A DNA stretch of 61,824 nucleotides, filler included, from Sphacelaria rigidula (Eukaryota): NCBI GenBank assembly GCA_964200075.2. It is 6 parts of 6 records of this genome, joined end to end, with 100 filler letters (N's around TTAATTAATTAA, not from the genome) between each part and the next. Parts side by side here need not be neighbours in the genome. Positions count along the whole stretch, not along the records: positions 30,965 to 41,184 come from CAXNAA020006908.1; positions 41,285 to 51,504 come from CAXNAA020006909.1; 4 more parts are not named here. The stretch is one strand, 5' to 3'. Positions 35,831 to 49,937 of the stretch are shown here, piece by piece. The notes beneath the pieces are model-generated. The model ran no database searches. It had not been told where the DNA came from and worked only from the letters and a program-made list of their open reading frames with translations. The position numbers and the translations under genes are program-made. How positions within the stretch are numbered: the stretch's first letter is position 1; each line of letters starts with the position of its first letter.

Positions 35831-38294
35831 GTATGATGCCGTCGCATGTGGGTGCGCCCAATGGGAATCCCCTCCACGACTATACTTGAAGAGGTAGCCC
35901 CGCTTTTGCTGCTGCGCTTTGCGCCGTCACGCAGCCGGTCACGACGACCAGCTCACCAATGCAGTCGCACCCTGCACCGATCAAACAGCAGAGACCATTT
36001 GTCGCGTCCGAATCAACGGGAGACAAACCGTTACGTTAGCACCTTAGTCACGAATGTGCCCGAGGATTGGATTCAACTGACGAGTCAACCGTGAGGTCAC
36101 CAGGGAATGTCATCATCTACTGCATCACAGTTGCTACAGGGGAGCAGTGTATTTTCTACACGACTCGTGGCCGATACTAACTTTCGAGCACGACTAGATT
36201 ACTGAACAAAGCGATGGGGGTGGAACTCTAAAGGTGCAGAAATCAATCAGTGCCATGACTGCTCGTATGGTGCCTCTACTCATCACGTTTGCCCAACACA
36301 CGACGCTTTAACGACCACTCCGCCTCGTGAGCCTCCCATCGGCAGTTGGTTAGACAGGACAGGCTGGGCAGTATGGTTCATGTGATCGATATCCGTCAGC
36401 AATGTAGGCAGATGATAACGTGGATGTGGGCAAAATAGGTCGATTCATCTCGTCTGTAGCGTGCTGGTATCCGCTGTTGGAAAATACCAACCCATCCCAT
36501 GCGGGTACGCAAAGGATGCTCCACACTGAGCACGGTGACGGTGGGCACTGGGAGAATAATGGTGCACGCTTCTGATGTCGACATACGGCACGCACCAGGC
36601 GGCATGCTAACACGGAGCTGTGCTCTCATCAGTCGCTCCTGTCGCCCCTGTATCAAAACGCTACAGAGCTTCGGATGACAGGTTTGTGGACATCCATCCC
36701 TCTCGGAGATTGGTGTGTCTTTCTTGCTGCCCATTCGCCTGGAGAGTGGTGACATTGATACGTGTGACGATTTGGCTCGGCGGAATGAGCTAAAGCAATC
36801 AATTGAAGTTCTGGGCTAGCGAGCATTCTGATACAGCGCCTGCATGCGGGAACAAGGACAACAGGATATTCTCATACCTCCACCAAACGGCGCCCTACGG
36901 CACAAGAAACCTGGCATAACGCGAGACAAGGATTGTCGGGAATTAATGCTGACGGTGGACGTGTGGAGCCATCGGGCTATAGGTACTTGAGCAGCTGTGG
37001 CCCATACGTCCATGTTCCGCTCGGTATAGTGAAGACGCTCACGGATTAGTGTACTTGGAATCGGGGCAGCTCCGAGACTCTAGATTTGCCGTGTAGATAA
37101 GCAAAGCACGAAAGAACTGCCCGTGGTTTTGCCGCTGGGGGTAGCATTACTCTGGGGTGGCGCGATTAATTGGAGGGAGGGTTCCGCAAGAACTGTACAT
37201 TATAGAAGCGCAAGCAATCGGCGCCTCCGCTATCGGGGAAATAGCTGACAAGGCACTCAGGACTACGCGATTTCCTTGGTGATTGGTGCATCACGACGTG
37301 TTGATATAGCACAGGTTCCTACACAGAAATGAACTAAGTACGATTTCGCGATTGTTGAGACTGCCGTAGCATGAGACGGAGAGGTGCGCTCAAGGAGGAG
37401 CTACGTTGTATCCAAAGGAAGACAACGCAGCAATCACCAAGTCGAATCACAGATGGGAAATGATGTTTGAAGCCGCCATGACGGACACGCACGGGTGAGA
37501 TAGAAACGGTAGGAAACACACATATAGACATCTAAAAACAGCTACAGTAGTTTAGACACCTTTTACGATAGTCCCCCCCCCCAGAAAAAAAAACGAGCCC
37601 AAATCTGTCACAAATAGAATGGTCATACAGCGCCTCATGTTTGGTTTCAGGCTGCATGAAGCGCCTCATATGAGCGACATTGGCGGAAACGTACCCAAGC
37701 GTGGGAATTCCCAGCTGCTCGTTGTACCCGGCTTTTTTCTTTTCGATTCACGTGTAGACTTTGCCTACCCAAACCAGCCCCCTTTTTTTGGTGGGGTGCT
37801 ATCGTAAAAAGTATCGTACTCCTGACACAGGGGGGATTGTAATTTCCTTGTAGTCGGGGATGTTCCAAACTGTTTTTGACTGCCACCTCTCAATCCGATG
37901 AAGGTTTGATTCCAAAGCTTGGGGATCGGGAAATATTAGGCACTCCCTCCACACTCCGAAATAAGATCACATCTCTGCAAATTATTGGACGACTTACGGG
38001 TTAAACGGTTTTCGGGGCCCCGGGAACTACCGAGCCCCGGGTGATGACCGTTGAGTATTGTTGCTCGATAGAAGCAATTCAATCGTTTGCGTGATCTAGT
38101 GAACATGATTGTTTTCCCCCATTTTACCTGTTTATTAAGCTAAAGCCGAAAGACTGTGTTTTTCGAAGCAGTTACGGTCGACAACACCCTGTGATGAATA
38201 CGGTACTTACTCCGTATCACCACGACAACGCGAACTGTGGATTGTGATTTGAGCACGACCTGCTTCTGCTCCCAATATCTATCGACTCTACTGG

Positions 38295-39800
38295 CTGGGT
38301 CAGCCTAGAAGTGGATTCAACCCTTCGGGAACCCTCCCTCCCGTCCCCGGTCCAGACGCCTCGTTATTCCAAGCGCTGACCAAGAAGAAACGATGGCAAA
38401 AGGAAATACTGACAAATTCCATTTGAAGGGCGGAAGGCCACAGAAGAATCCACCGACATACGTCATGCTCGCACCGAAAAACGTCGCCCCGGTGCGGTCG
38501 GGAAGGTTCTCTCCAATGAGCGTACACCACGGGTCAAGCATGCTCAACTTTGTGCACACAATAAAAACCAGCACCGCGGCCTCTGAATTTCACACAACAA
38601 AAATCAGCACCACCTGTATATTTCCTATTTATGTAGTACCTTGTGGTACTGCTGCACATATTTTTACAGGTGATGCACCCCACCGGGGTATTGGTGTGCT
38701 GCAGTCCGGAGGTCGTACCCGCCCAACACTTGGCAAGCGGGCTAAGGCGCCATCACACAAAAAAGTAGTAAAGTGGGGGGCTCTCGGTAGTGCTGGTTGA
38801 ATAGTGCCAACGTCCTTTATCATGCCCGTAAAATTTCCGGACACAGCCAGAGCTCGCAGTAGTGCCGCCTGGCACTACTAACATATGACTCTCAATTGTG
38901 CCGGTGTGGACGGTTTTGTACCCTCAACAGTGCCGGTTTTGGACACACTCACGCACGCCTGCACGCCTGCCTCGATGTATTTTTTTTCGAGGTCGCTTGT
39001 TTCTCCCTCTCCTCGTCTCGGTAGCCGGTAGGAAGTGAAAAGGGGTGCGGTTGATTCTTTCTCGCTCCTTCCTTCTGGAGGGCGGTGTACTCTTTCGTGA
39101 GTTGTTTTCCACGCCAGATGCCGCACCTTCATAGTTGCGTTGGGTGCAGATGCGTCCTTGTTTTTTTTTGTCGGGAAGGCCGTTTGGCATGAGCAACTTT
39201 TGTGGCCGTACTACTGCTGTTGTGCTGGTAGGGAAGAAAATGATCAACTTATGAACAGGATTAATCAAGTTAAATGTGAAGAACAAAAAAACATCGGGTT
39301 TAGTCCTGCTACCCCGAACCCTTACCAGACGTATCCTATCGAGATCCCTTGAAACAGAGGTCCTTGTCCGTTTTGTGCTTACGTTGGTCCCACAAAGGAT
39401 AAGCGTAGCACTTTACGAACGGAAGGTCGTCAGTGGTGCCAGAACCGGCACTACTGAGGTATTCAGAGCCCTCAACTGCACATGTTTTGGCACTTTTCAG
39501 AGTCGTGTCGGGCTCTCTGAGTAGTGTCGGTGTCCGTGGTGGGCACATACCGGCACTACTGAGAGCGCCCCACTGTATGGCCGAGCACACAGAAATCCCC
39601 TCACCACACGTGGTGGAAGGATTGAGGTGCAATACAGTATTTGCGCGATTCACCGCTAGTTTGAAGCGGTCACGGGTCTCAGAAACATGGCTTGGGCAAA
39701 ATAGCGGTCCTTAGAAGCTGCGCACAAACAACCGTATGTTGTTTGAAAAACAGCACCTCGAAATCAGCACTTTTTATTGCCAACAACTAAAGGGTTGAGC
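38295..39800. repeat. Dispersed repeat with an inverted copy at ~48150-48800, interrupted by an 805-bp insertion
   Basis: 'accagcaccgcggcctctgaatttcacacaacaaaaatcagcaccacctgtata' and 'gattcaccgctagtttgaagcggtcacgggtctcaga' occur as reverse complements in 48150-48800. Confidence 0.85.
38771..39575. mobile_element. Non-autonomous Tc1/mariner-type element with TA TSD
   Basis: TIRs (a/c)agtggggggctctcggtagtgctggt / accggcactactgagagcgccccactg. TA at 38769-70 and 39576-77. Empty site in the paralog near 48345. Confidence 0.85.
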
Positions 39801-40741
39801 ACTCCAAGCAATATCTCATCGACACAGACGAGTTGGGCCGTGATCTGCATGTCGTAAAAGCCGTCTAATCAACGAAAAGGTGCTCATTTGCTAAAAAATT
39901 CTGGGCCAAAAATTTCTCATTGATCAAACCCCATGTCTAGTCATTCCTATACCGTACGGAGATAGCGTCCATATCAAAATCTCCATGAACCCCGAACAAC
40001 ACATTCAGCGGATTACGACGATTTTGGTTTTGACATTTCCTGAAGCACAGGGAGACGATAGCCTCACCTGGTTCGTCATCTATCTCGGGATATGGCGCAC
40101 ATAAGGCTCCATACTAAAATCAATATACTATGAGCAGAGGCACTAGATACTCTGAGTCTGGATATCGCGTCTCAATCTTTAAGAGTTGGACTGTGAAATT
40201 TCGAATGGAGAACCGCTATTACGGTGGCGTATAGTTGATAGAAGTAAATGTATAGCGAAACAAATTTGCACACAAGTGGGGTCCCCCAACAAACGCCTGT
40301 TTTGTAGCGCTACCTAAAGCTTCAAGCCCGCTGTAGACACTATTATATTTATATCACCGCAACACATACGTAACTTGGATACATCACATAAACTTGAAGA
40401 GTGTAGGTTTCGTCAGGTGCCGGTCGCATATGCAGGAAGCAAACACAAGTTGCGGTAGCGCACGTCGAAAACGAGCACCACGTTTTCACGGGGGAATACT
40501 TTTTTCGAACCCATCTTCTAGCATCAAATAGTAGAACCAGTTCAAGTACACAGCTATGGGCCAGGCGGTTCGAACGATTTATTCAGATTTCGAATCAGCG
40601 TCCGCAATCTCGAGATATGGATATTTGACGACGGGCACCTCAGGTCAACGAGCACTTGATTCGGCCCTGGGGTAACATGGATGTTTAGGCATATCTCATG
40701 ACGAAAATATATTTTTCCCGTCTTGTTTTCTGCTGCGTGAC

Positions 40742-41085
40742 ACCCCTATCCATACAGTTCTGTTCAGCCATCGTTTTTTCTATTCCAGTCAAAATTGACG
40801 ATTTAAAAGGAAATATTCGTTCAGAAGTCTACCCCGAGCCAGCCGAAGGGCAACGTCCAAAATCATAGATATTAAGGCATAGCGTACTACGAAATCATAT
40901 TTTTTTCTCTTTTGCTTTCTTCCGCGTGATACCCTCATCCATACGGTTGTCTCAAGCGACCGATTGTTAAATTCCAATCAAAATCGACCGGTCTACAGTG
41001 CAATATTCATTCTTAAGTTCACCCCGAGCCAGGCCAAGGGTGACGTCCAAAATCATCGATTTTACGGCATAGCTCATTACGCAAA
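40742..41085. repeat. Diverged tandem duplication, ~190-bp unit
   Basis: 'accccgagccag.c.aaggg..acgtccaaaatcat' at ~40830 and ~41021. Confidence 0.7.
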
Positions 41086-43856
41086 AATCCCCCCCCCCCC
41101 CCCCACCCCCCCCTCCCTTCCCTTCCTCTCTCTCTCTCTCTGTCTTTCCCTCGCACTATGTTACGCGAAGCTCGTCGGTGTGAGNNNNNNNNNNNNNNNN
41201 NNNNNNNNNNNNNNNNNNNNNNNNNNNNTTAATTAATTAANNNNNNNNNNNNNNNNNNNNNNNNNNNNNNNNNNNNNNNNNNNNACATCAGATGTACACC
41301 ACCTAATGCGCACTCTGCACCTGAAAATAGACTGGATGAAACTTTCAGTCTTCGTCATAACCCTGCAGTTACATACGCGAATTTTCAGTAACATGCCACT
41401 GTTTCGTTTAGAAGCCAGACACGTCATTCCCGATCAGCCTCTTGATCACCCGGTCCCAAAAGGGTTAAGCCAAGGGGGTGATAGTGTCGGTTCCCAATTA
41501 CCGCAATGTACTACTACTGTCGTTGTACGTACACTGCGAGCGTGACTTGAGTCTGCGAGTCAATCACAATCAGCTTCCTTTTATTGTTCACTACAAAAGT
41601 CTCCTTTTATTATTGGCGCTGGATTCAGCCGAATCCTCACTGAAGAGCCTCTGAATGGTTGGATTTCGATACGTAATTCAAAGGATATATGACGTGGACC
41701 TATCTCGTGCAGGTTTTCTTGCCCGCCTCATGTTTTCGATCGAATTATCATTTTCATCATCAAGACACGAGTTGACATTGCGGCCCATCACAGTGTTATT
41801 CCTTTTCAATATTAGGCGCCCCAACACAGTACACCAGGCGTCTGATGATACTGAAACTTGACGTATGTGTGGACTGAAGCCGCAGGTAGTTGTTGGCGCA
41901 GCAGTTTCGGTGAACCAGGGCGTTTTGTATGCTGCGTGGCTTGAAGGGATGATTATGCACGATGCTGCAGTGATTCCGGAAACAAGAACACTTTCTGATG
42001 ACAGTTCTAGAGGGTAACGGTATGAAATCCGGGCGGAGACAGGAGTAGGAGTAGATCTTGCCATCCTTGTTGTTTACATTGCCCCCCTGTTGGTCGACGC
42101 TGGCACCAAGGCCGGAAAAAACCGCTAGTTTAGGTATTCAATATATTAGAGGCAGATACCCCTGAGTTTTATACGCCGTGCCGAGCAAGACGCGGCCCAA
42201 CAATGCAGCCAAGGAGATGAGCGTCTTCTGTCAAGGGCCACTGCGGACCTGCTTGGGCAGGGGGCAACATCTCCTCCCTCACAGTGCCAGGCCTAGCTTG
42301 GACGTTACCACGACGGTCTGAAAATGACAGGGGCAGTTGCTGTAGTTTTCTTCTATCAGAATCAATCAGATATTCTTCCGTAGTGTGCTCCCACGTGAAG
42401 ATATTCACCTTTCTCTGGCAGCCGCGTGATCACCCTTGTGCGGAGTTTTCACTTGGTTCCATAGGAGAACAGAGCGCGAGTTGCAATTTGTTTTTTTTGC
42501 ACGAATGGATCGCGGGTATTCTAGCCCTGTCGAGCCGCGGCTCGCATCGTACAGCCAGTTCTACAGTACTCGTTGTACTGGCACTGGGAACACACAGTGT
42601 CAACTTACAACTGCGTGAATACATACCGTGCAATAAATGCTTTCTGCATTCGAAGTGATAGGCATCATTTCCCATCCGGCTGTCAAACGCGCGAAAGCTG
42701 GTCTGTAGCGCCAGGTATCCGTGCTGGTGTGGAGCCCTCTCTTCCAAGGACGTCCGCCCATATTTTAGGTCTTAGAGTATGACAGTCTTCAATTGACACC
42801 GCGGATGATGAATTATAATTTCAGTACAATTCCTCCATAACGTTGAAAAGGAATAACGCTGATCAGTTCGTACGATCTTTTTCCCACCGTACCTTTTCGA
42901 TCGGACACTACTGCGAAGACGAGAGCCTTCAGGAGATCTTTGCGAAAAATTGAGACTGTGAGATATCAATGAGGGTATGTCGACAAATACAGCACATTTC
43001 GTGATCAGTACAACAGTATGATAAGGTTTGTTCGTTCGTCACTTTCAGGCCAGGTGGACGGTGCAGCAAGTCCTCAAACATCAGAACTCCAAGAGCGATG
43101 AAAAGGGTCTGAGCAGCAATAACGGCGACGGTCCTTGTCTACGCGATATGCTGCTCACATGCTCGTATGATCGTGCAAAGGAATACAAGCTCCTGCGAAC
43201 TACTGGCTGTGGAAGATCATCGGTCGTTCATCCACTGACGCACAAAACGCGCCCAAAGCACCTTCATTAAGCTTTTGATGTAATATGTTGCGGTTCACGT
43301 GCACACGCACGTCAAGTTGAACGTCGGCGTCACACATCCGTCAAGTTGGTTCTCGTAATACACCAGACAAAAGTTCCGCACACTCGATTGTCGCGAAAAA
43401 ATGAGGCTAGGTAGTGAGAGTCTGCTGACCGAAATAGCTCCCGACGTGGGCACTACAAAGCCGTCTACGGGTATTTTCGAATCCACGCGAATGTTGTACA
43501 AATGGTACAGGAAGTCCCCAAACGTTAGGAATCCAAGGGCGAGAGAAAAGATCTGTGCAGCAGCAGTGGCAGGGACAAGAGTGAATCGGCCCCACATTCT
43601 GTGGCACACAGAGGTCAAGAAAAAAAAGGCAATACTGCACGTTGTTAGCTCCCGTCGCATGCACCATCCTCCCCATTTTCAACCTCGAACAAAAATGGGG
43701 GAAACTGGGCCGGTACGCTTGAGTACCCTTCCCTCTCCCACCGAGCAGTCTGAGGAATAACCCGGTCAGCCATTGGCGCAGTGAAACAAGATGAAGAATT
43801 GTCGAGCGCATGCGTATCCCGACTGCTATACATTGACTATGGAACAATGCGCTCAC

Positions 43857-45367
43857 ATGTTCGGATGATCGTGCAGAGGAATACAAGCTCCTGGAGGTAG
43901 AACGAACACCCCTATAGAGTACGCGCCGGCCACTTGATCAATGTGAAGATAACGAATGTCTCCAGCATCCGCAGGCGGCACGATGTGCTCGTGGGCACCT
44001 GGTGCTATCCCCAAGCTTTGTGGAGTAAGCGAGGACACAAACTGAGCAATCCCACAACACGCAGTGCAGTGGATCGGACCAGCAGGAAAAGCAAGTGCAA
44101 ATCCACAGGAAACAGCAGCGCATAGTATCCGCAAATCAAGACGCGGCCAAAAGGAGGTATTAATTCAAGTCCATGTATGGCCAACGCGGAACTTGTTTAA
44201 ATATTTCTTGTATACGATTGCTCCTACTGCTGAGATTTCAAACTTCTCGTCTTGGTGGAGGTTACCGCCACGGAGAGCCATCTGCCGTAGAACGATTCAT
44301 CTCCGATTGAGAGATAACAACATGTAAGACCGAGATGACTCACGTGGCATTCAAAGGATTAAAACCGCTCGCTTTCATCGACGAGGCAGTCATGGATGGT
44401 GTGCGCCTAGCCGTTATCCACTACCATTTTAACCTCTTTCGTATCTTTCCAACCGCGCCAGCGTAGATTGCTTCGTGCGAACAGGCGGCTACCAGGCAAC
44501 GTGGCGGCCCTGTTGTATTGGCGTCATGAAGCCCAAAAAAATGCAGCGTACTTGTGCTGAGCATGCTGCCCCTCTACAACGCAGCACCCACTTCGACGAC
44601 GAGAACCAGTCGTGTAATCATAGCGCACAGCGCATCTTTTCCGTCGGATCCCATTTTCAGGTTTAAGAATCTCTAACCACACAGACTCATGTCATGGATG
44701 CAATCGAGCAGGGCAACTCCCATCGTAGGTCAACAAGAACAGATGGTTCTGTCAGATATTACTGTATCAATTCTACAGGACGTAACTTCCATCATCTTCT
44801 TGTCCCCGCCTGCAAGATATGGCACCAGAAAACAGCTACTATAAAACAAATCCAGAACCCGCCCTTCTCGACATCAGCTGTGTATTTGTTTGTACGCTGG
44901 CTTGCACGGGCGCTGATAGATCTACAGATGGCACACCAATCACAATGTAAGCTCTTCCCGCAATCACTTTGATAGTAGAGACAGTCTGTATAGGTTTTTC
45001 CAGTGTATCCCAAATCGTGCTGGATCTATACCACCGCTCAATCAACCCCATTTTTGCAGTGGTGAAGGTAGCCGATCGCGTCCAGTTTGAATTTTACACA
45101 GGTGCAGAAATAACCACTTTCGGTCATATTTGTCTCCCTTTGCCCCCCCCCCTGCCCAACCCTCCCTACCTTCGCCTGGTCTATCTCGCTGTTTGCGGGT
45201 ACATAATTTGCAGAAACACAACATGCACCAAGAAATATCACAAAGCAGACCTGCTTTATTGGGGCAACATCGTGCTCTGAGGGCAGCATCCCGTGCTCCA
45301 GGCCAATGCGGGAAGTGACGTCGGTTACAACCCTGACAAGCTCCTCTAAAGGTCGCGTGCGCTGCAT
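43857..45367 (-). CDS. ADO: Cysteamine dioxygenase (ADO)/plant cysteine oxidase (PCO)-like thiol dioxygenase, 3'-partial; exons 45367-45251 and 44041-43857
   Basis: Phase-0 splice KQ|FVSSLTPQSLG, then IRYLHIDQVAGAYSIGVFVLPPGACIPLHDHPNM, matching the PCO/ADO cupin motif (YLHI...SIGIF.LPP...IPLHDHP.M). Donor AT|GTGAGC. Downstream exons were not identified. Confidence 0.85.
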
Positions 45368-46042
45368 CCTAGATGTCGTTGGGGCTGGTCGTCGTGGCGG
45401 TTTAAAACACGGAAAAAATGACAGGTAACAAGCGAAGTGAGTGGTGCTTGCTCTGCTGCGTATGCTGTGTGCTACTGGCCACTGATACCGCTGTCGGTGC
45501 GTTCGTTGCTGTTGCGAAGAGGAGAATTGTAGCGTGATACAGGTTTTGCGGATCGTTGGGATTGAAGTTGCCGATCGAGGGAGCGGAAGAATTTCCACTG
45601 TCATAATTGAATTAAATTAACCTCATATACGATGAGTCATAATATATTTGAGGTGACGAATGCCAAACAGAACCTGAACGGCTCAGTGCTTGGAATTTCT
45701 TTGCTGGTGATGGAATCTCGAAGCGATTATCAATTTGAACGCTGAGATATGCCAGCGAAACTCATTGACTAACGTGCAGAACGGCGGCCTGAAGAGCAAG
45801 TCAGTTCATTGCTTGAATTCACGTAAAACCATTGTGGTTACGAATGCTGAAAACTTCAGGGCGGAACCCGAGGTGACGTGACTTGACATAGCTCGTTTGT
45901 CCGCAGTGATTGGCCGCAGGTTGCCTCACCAAAAATGTGACGTCATCCAATTAAAAAATACGAACGTCGGCAAGTCGGCACTGCACTACTGTACACCACA
46001 CAGTCAGTAGTCAGTGTCTGGCAAATTGAAATTAGTGTTGCA

Positions 46043-46107
<65 letters not shown>

Positions 46108-46148
46108 CGTCGTCGTCGTCGTCGTCGTTGGTGATGTTGCCGTTGTTG

Positions 46149-46203
<55 letters not shown>

Positions 46204-46211
46204 AGGTGTCA

Positions 46212-46262
<51 letters not shown>

Positions 46263-46305
46263 CGTCGTCGTCGTTGTCGTTGTTGCTGTTGCTGTTGTTG
46301 CTGTC
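46043..46305. repeat. Compound trinucleotide microsatellite (GTT/GTC/GCT)
   Basis: Direct reading. Confidence 0.95.
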
Positions 46306-46436
46306 ATCTTTACAGTCGTTCTCGTATCTGTGTAGTTGCCCTCTTTTGCCCATTTCATCATTATTATCGACAATGTTTTCGGAGATACCATGAGTTTTCG
46401 GGCTCTTCCACCAACTTTTCATTAGTCCGCTCTTTA

Positions 46437-46914
46437 GGCCAACTCTAATGGGAGCCGTTCAAAATTCCTGTCGAAAACTGCCTTTTGGGCCCTTCTCCGT
46501 CGAGTTACGCCCGAAAAGACGGCTTGGTGAATGTTGACGCCTTGCAATACTGCTCTACTCGTCGAGATTCTTCAATCGCAACTTTGCATTTCCCGCTGGC
46601 CTCACTTCTCTTCTTGGCCAAATGAGGTAAAACAGGGATATTCAGTAAAAAACGGTCAGGGAACCGAAATTTCCCCCTGTTTTTTCATCGCTTGACCGTC
46701 TATTAATTATTGTTGATAATCCGTGTTAGGCCAAAAATGAAAGTGCAACTAGCGGGAAATGCAAAGTTGCCCTGGAATGGCCTCAATGAGTAGAGCAAGT
46801 CATTCCAAGGCGTCTATATCCGCCCAAACCCTCTTTCCAGGCGTAAAACGACCGAGAAGGGCCAAAAAAGCAGTTTTAAACGGGAATATTGCCCGCCTCC
46901 CATTAGAGTCGGTC
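46437..46914. mobile_element. Complete PIF/Harbinger (Tourist-like) MITE with TTA TSD
   Basis: TTA|ggccaactctaatgggag ... ctcccattagagtcggtc|TTA, palindromic throughout. Confidence 0.85.
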
Positions 46915-47104
46915 TTAGTTAGGCCCATCATTATCGAGCAGTGTTGTCAATCGGATATCGATACTCGATACGATTTCGATAAGTATCGTCGATACCGCGT
47001 ATCGATATCGCCGATTTCCAAGTAGATATTTGTCGATAAGCATCAATATCAATATCGATGTCGGATACGAGCTGGGCCGCCGAAGATGCGCACAGGAATC
47101 CTGA

Positions 47105-47850
47105 CACACGAATCCCGGGCTCAATTTCAGGTCGTTTTCGATGAAAATTTGACACGATGTACGTACAAGACATATGTGCGAAGAACCATCCGTATCCCCT
47201 GCCCCTTTTTTTTCGTGTTTCTTCGTGAATGATTGGCAATTATGTTCCGAAAAAATGTTCTGAAATATTTCGTCGCCAATAACTCACGAAGAAGAAAACA
47301 GAAAACAGAGGGGATAATGGGTAATGGGTCTCCGCACGTACGTCCTGTCCATCATGCCAAGATTTAATCAAAAACGAATCAAAATTGAGTTCGGGAATCG
47401 CGTTATTCTGTCGAAAACCGGTACCTACAGTTATAGGGATGGAACTGCCACGAATGATTCAAACGCAATTATGCTGTTCAATTTCAGGTTGTTTTCGATG
47501 AAATTTTGACACAACGTACAGGACACATGTGCGAACCCCCGCCCCGGTGCTCGATGCTCCGTCTCGAAAGAGATGCGCGGTCAATGGTCAAGCGACTCGG
47601 GCAAGCAACAAATCAGTGCGCCATCCCACCCCGCCCCCGCCCCCCCGTTTTTTGTTTTTCTTCGTGAGTTTTTGGCAATTTTGTTTCGAAAAAATGTTCT
47701 GAAATATTCTGTCGCCAATAACTCACCAAGGAAAAGGGGGGGAAATACGGGAGGGAAAAGGGGGGTATGCGTACATACGTCTTGTACATTGTGTCAGAAT
47801 TTTATCGAAAACGACTCAAAATTGAGCACGGGAATCGCGTCATTCGCTCG
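47105..47850. repeat. Two tandem related palindromic units
   Basis: 'tcaatttcagg..gttttcgatgaaa.tttgacac' at ~47121 and ~47478, each closed by 'aaaacga.tcaaaattgag..cgggaatcgcgt'. Confidence 0.75.
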
Positions 47851-49937
47851 AAGTCGACTTGTCTTCTTCTACTTTCGTCTCAGAGATCTTCACAAATTGC
47901 TCGTTGGTTCGCACTCTACTACCAGACGCCTGGACGCGCTGGGGGCATCGTCTGCGTGCATTCTTAGAGACTACGCGCCTGATGCGACATGTGTTGTTGT
48001 ACAATCGAAGCTTGTGCGGGTACCACTCGGCACAACCGACCGTAACCGAGAATCCAATTTCAGCCGTATTTTTAGCCAATTCCGCCGCACACGGTACCCT
48101 CAGCTGTCCACACTCTGGCATTTCACCCTTTCGGTGCTGGCAATGAACACGTGCTGATTTCGAGGTGCTGTTTTCTAACAGCATGTGACTGATTGTTTGC
48201 AGCTTCCAAGGATCACTATTTTGGCCAAGGCGTGTTTTTCAGACCCGCGACCGCTTCGAATTGGCGGTGAATCGCGTAAATACTGTACTGTATCGCACCT
48301 CAATCCTTCCATGTGTGGTGAGGGGACTTCTGCGTGCTCGACCATACCACTTTGTTTCAGTGATGTGGCTTAGCATGCTGGCCAAGCGTTGGGCGGGTAC
48401 GACCTCCGGACTGCATAACAACAATACCCCGGTGGGGTGCGTCACCTGTATAAATGTGTGCCGCAGTGCCGCACGGGACTAAATACATAGAAAATATACA
48501 GGTGGTACTGATTTTTGTTGTATAAAATTCAGAGGCAGCGGTGCTGGTTTTTGCTGTGTGCACACGAAATTGAACATACTTCACCCGTTGCGTCCCCTCA
48601 ATCGATAAAACTAATCCGACCGCACCGGGGTGAACAGTGTGGTGCGCGCATGACGTATGTCGGTGGGTTCTTCTGTGGCCTTCCGCCGTAAAAATGGTTG
48701 TTTTCGCTATTTTCTTTTCGCAACTTTTCTTCTTCGTCAACGCTTGAAATAATGAGGCGTCTGGACCGGGGACGCGAGGGGAGGGTTCCCGAAGGGTCAA
48801 CTACAGTTTGGTATTTCGTTTGATGAGACTTTGTCGGATCGCTGTGCTACATGGATTTGAGGACGCGCTCTGATTTGCCGATTACCACGATGTGTCATAG
48901 TAGGCACAACTCGCGATACATCGTCAATTTGAACGGGCGGAAGGAAAGTGAGATTCTTAGGCGGCCCAGCTAGTATCGTTATGGTCGATGTATGCGTATA
49001 TTTTTTTCACTTGGGGGGGGGGGGGGGTAGACAGCATATATATCGTCCCCCCTTTTCCACATCCTTCCGCCCAGCGCCCAGCGCCCCACTGCCCAGCACC
49101 CCACCACTCACCACACTCTACCTACCACACACACATCATCCGCGCACTGCACGCCCACTTACTTGCTGCGAGCCACACCGGTCTGCAACATGAGCCGCCT
49201 TCAGACTTTCGGCTTTGTCGCCGGCGGTAGCGCAGAGTCTGCGGTCGACGTTTCTGCCAAACCGTGAGTAATCGCCGCAGTGGGGCCAACTTGTTTCCGT
49301 GTGTCTGGCGTTTCCGCAGTGTCATGTTGCAGTTGGTAGTTTAGCGGTATCTCGTGTGCAGACATCAAAAAGGGGGCGAAAGAGTATCGCGGGTGCCTTG
49401 TGAGTGTTTCAAGTCGGCGGGAGTATTTCGCGTGTGAGGGTAGGCGATCATTTCCTTTTCTCATTATATTCCTTTATTTTCTATAATTTTTAAATTCTAT
49501 TGCTTGGGCGTTTCGGCGTCTGGAGTTTATTCTGCGTTGCGCATCCAACAATGGAAAAATGGGACATATGCTGCCAACATTTTCCCTTGTTTGGAATGGA
49601 GAACAAAAAAAAAGCGAGCGTACATTTGCATTTATCGCGCAGTTTCGAAGTTTGGCGCGTTTCTTATTGAATAATGAAGAGCGCGTTTGCAGTGCGCAGG
49701 GTCGAGGTAAATGCTCTGATTCCATCGAGGCATGACAGAATAGCGGCCGCAAAATATACTTTTGTGTATCACCGAGTTGAACAACACTATATGTATCACA
49801 CATCACACCTGGCGTTGTGATCAACTACCTCTTTTTTTGCTTCTTGCCTCTTGCACGATGAACAACATTTTTTTGTCAGACGGAAGAATCACGCCGCGTG
49901 TTGTGCCGCCACTTCTATTATGTCAAATAACCACAGG

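Noticed and set aside
33735-35897. 720-aa and 463-aa ORFs on the + strand
   Set aside because: Antisense shadows of the GC-rich, codon-phased EsV-1-7 repeat; no independent motif.
45943-46448. Poly-N/A/T/L/C ORFs
   Set aside because: Translations of a compound microsatellite.
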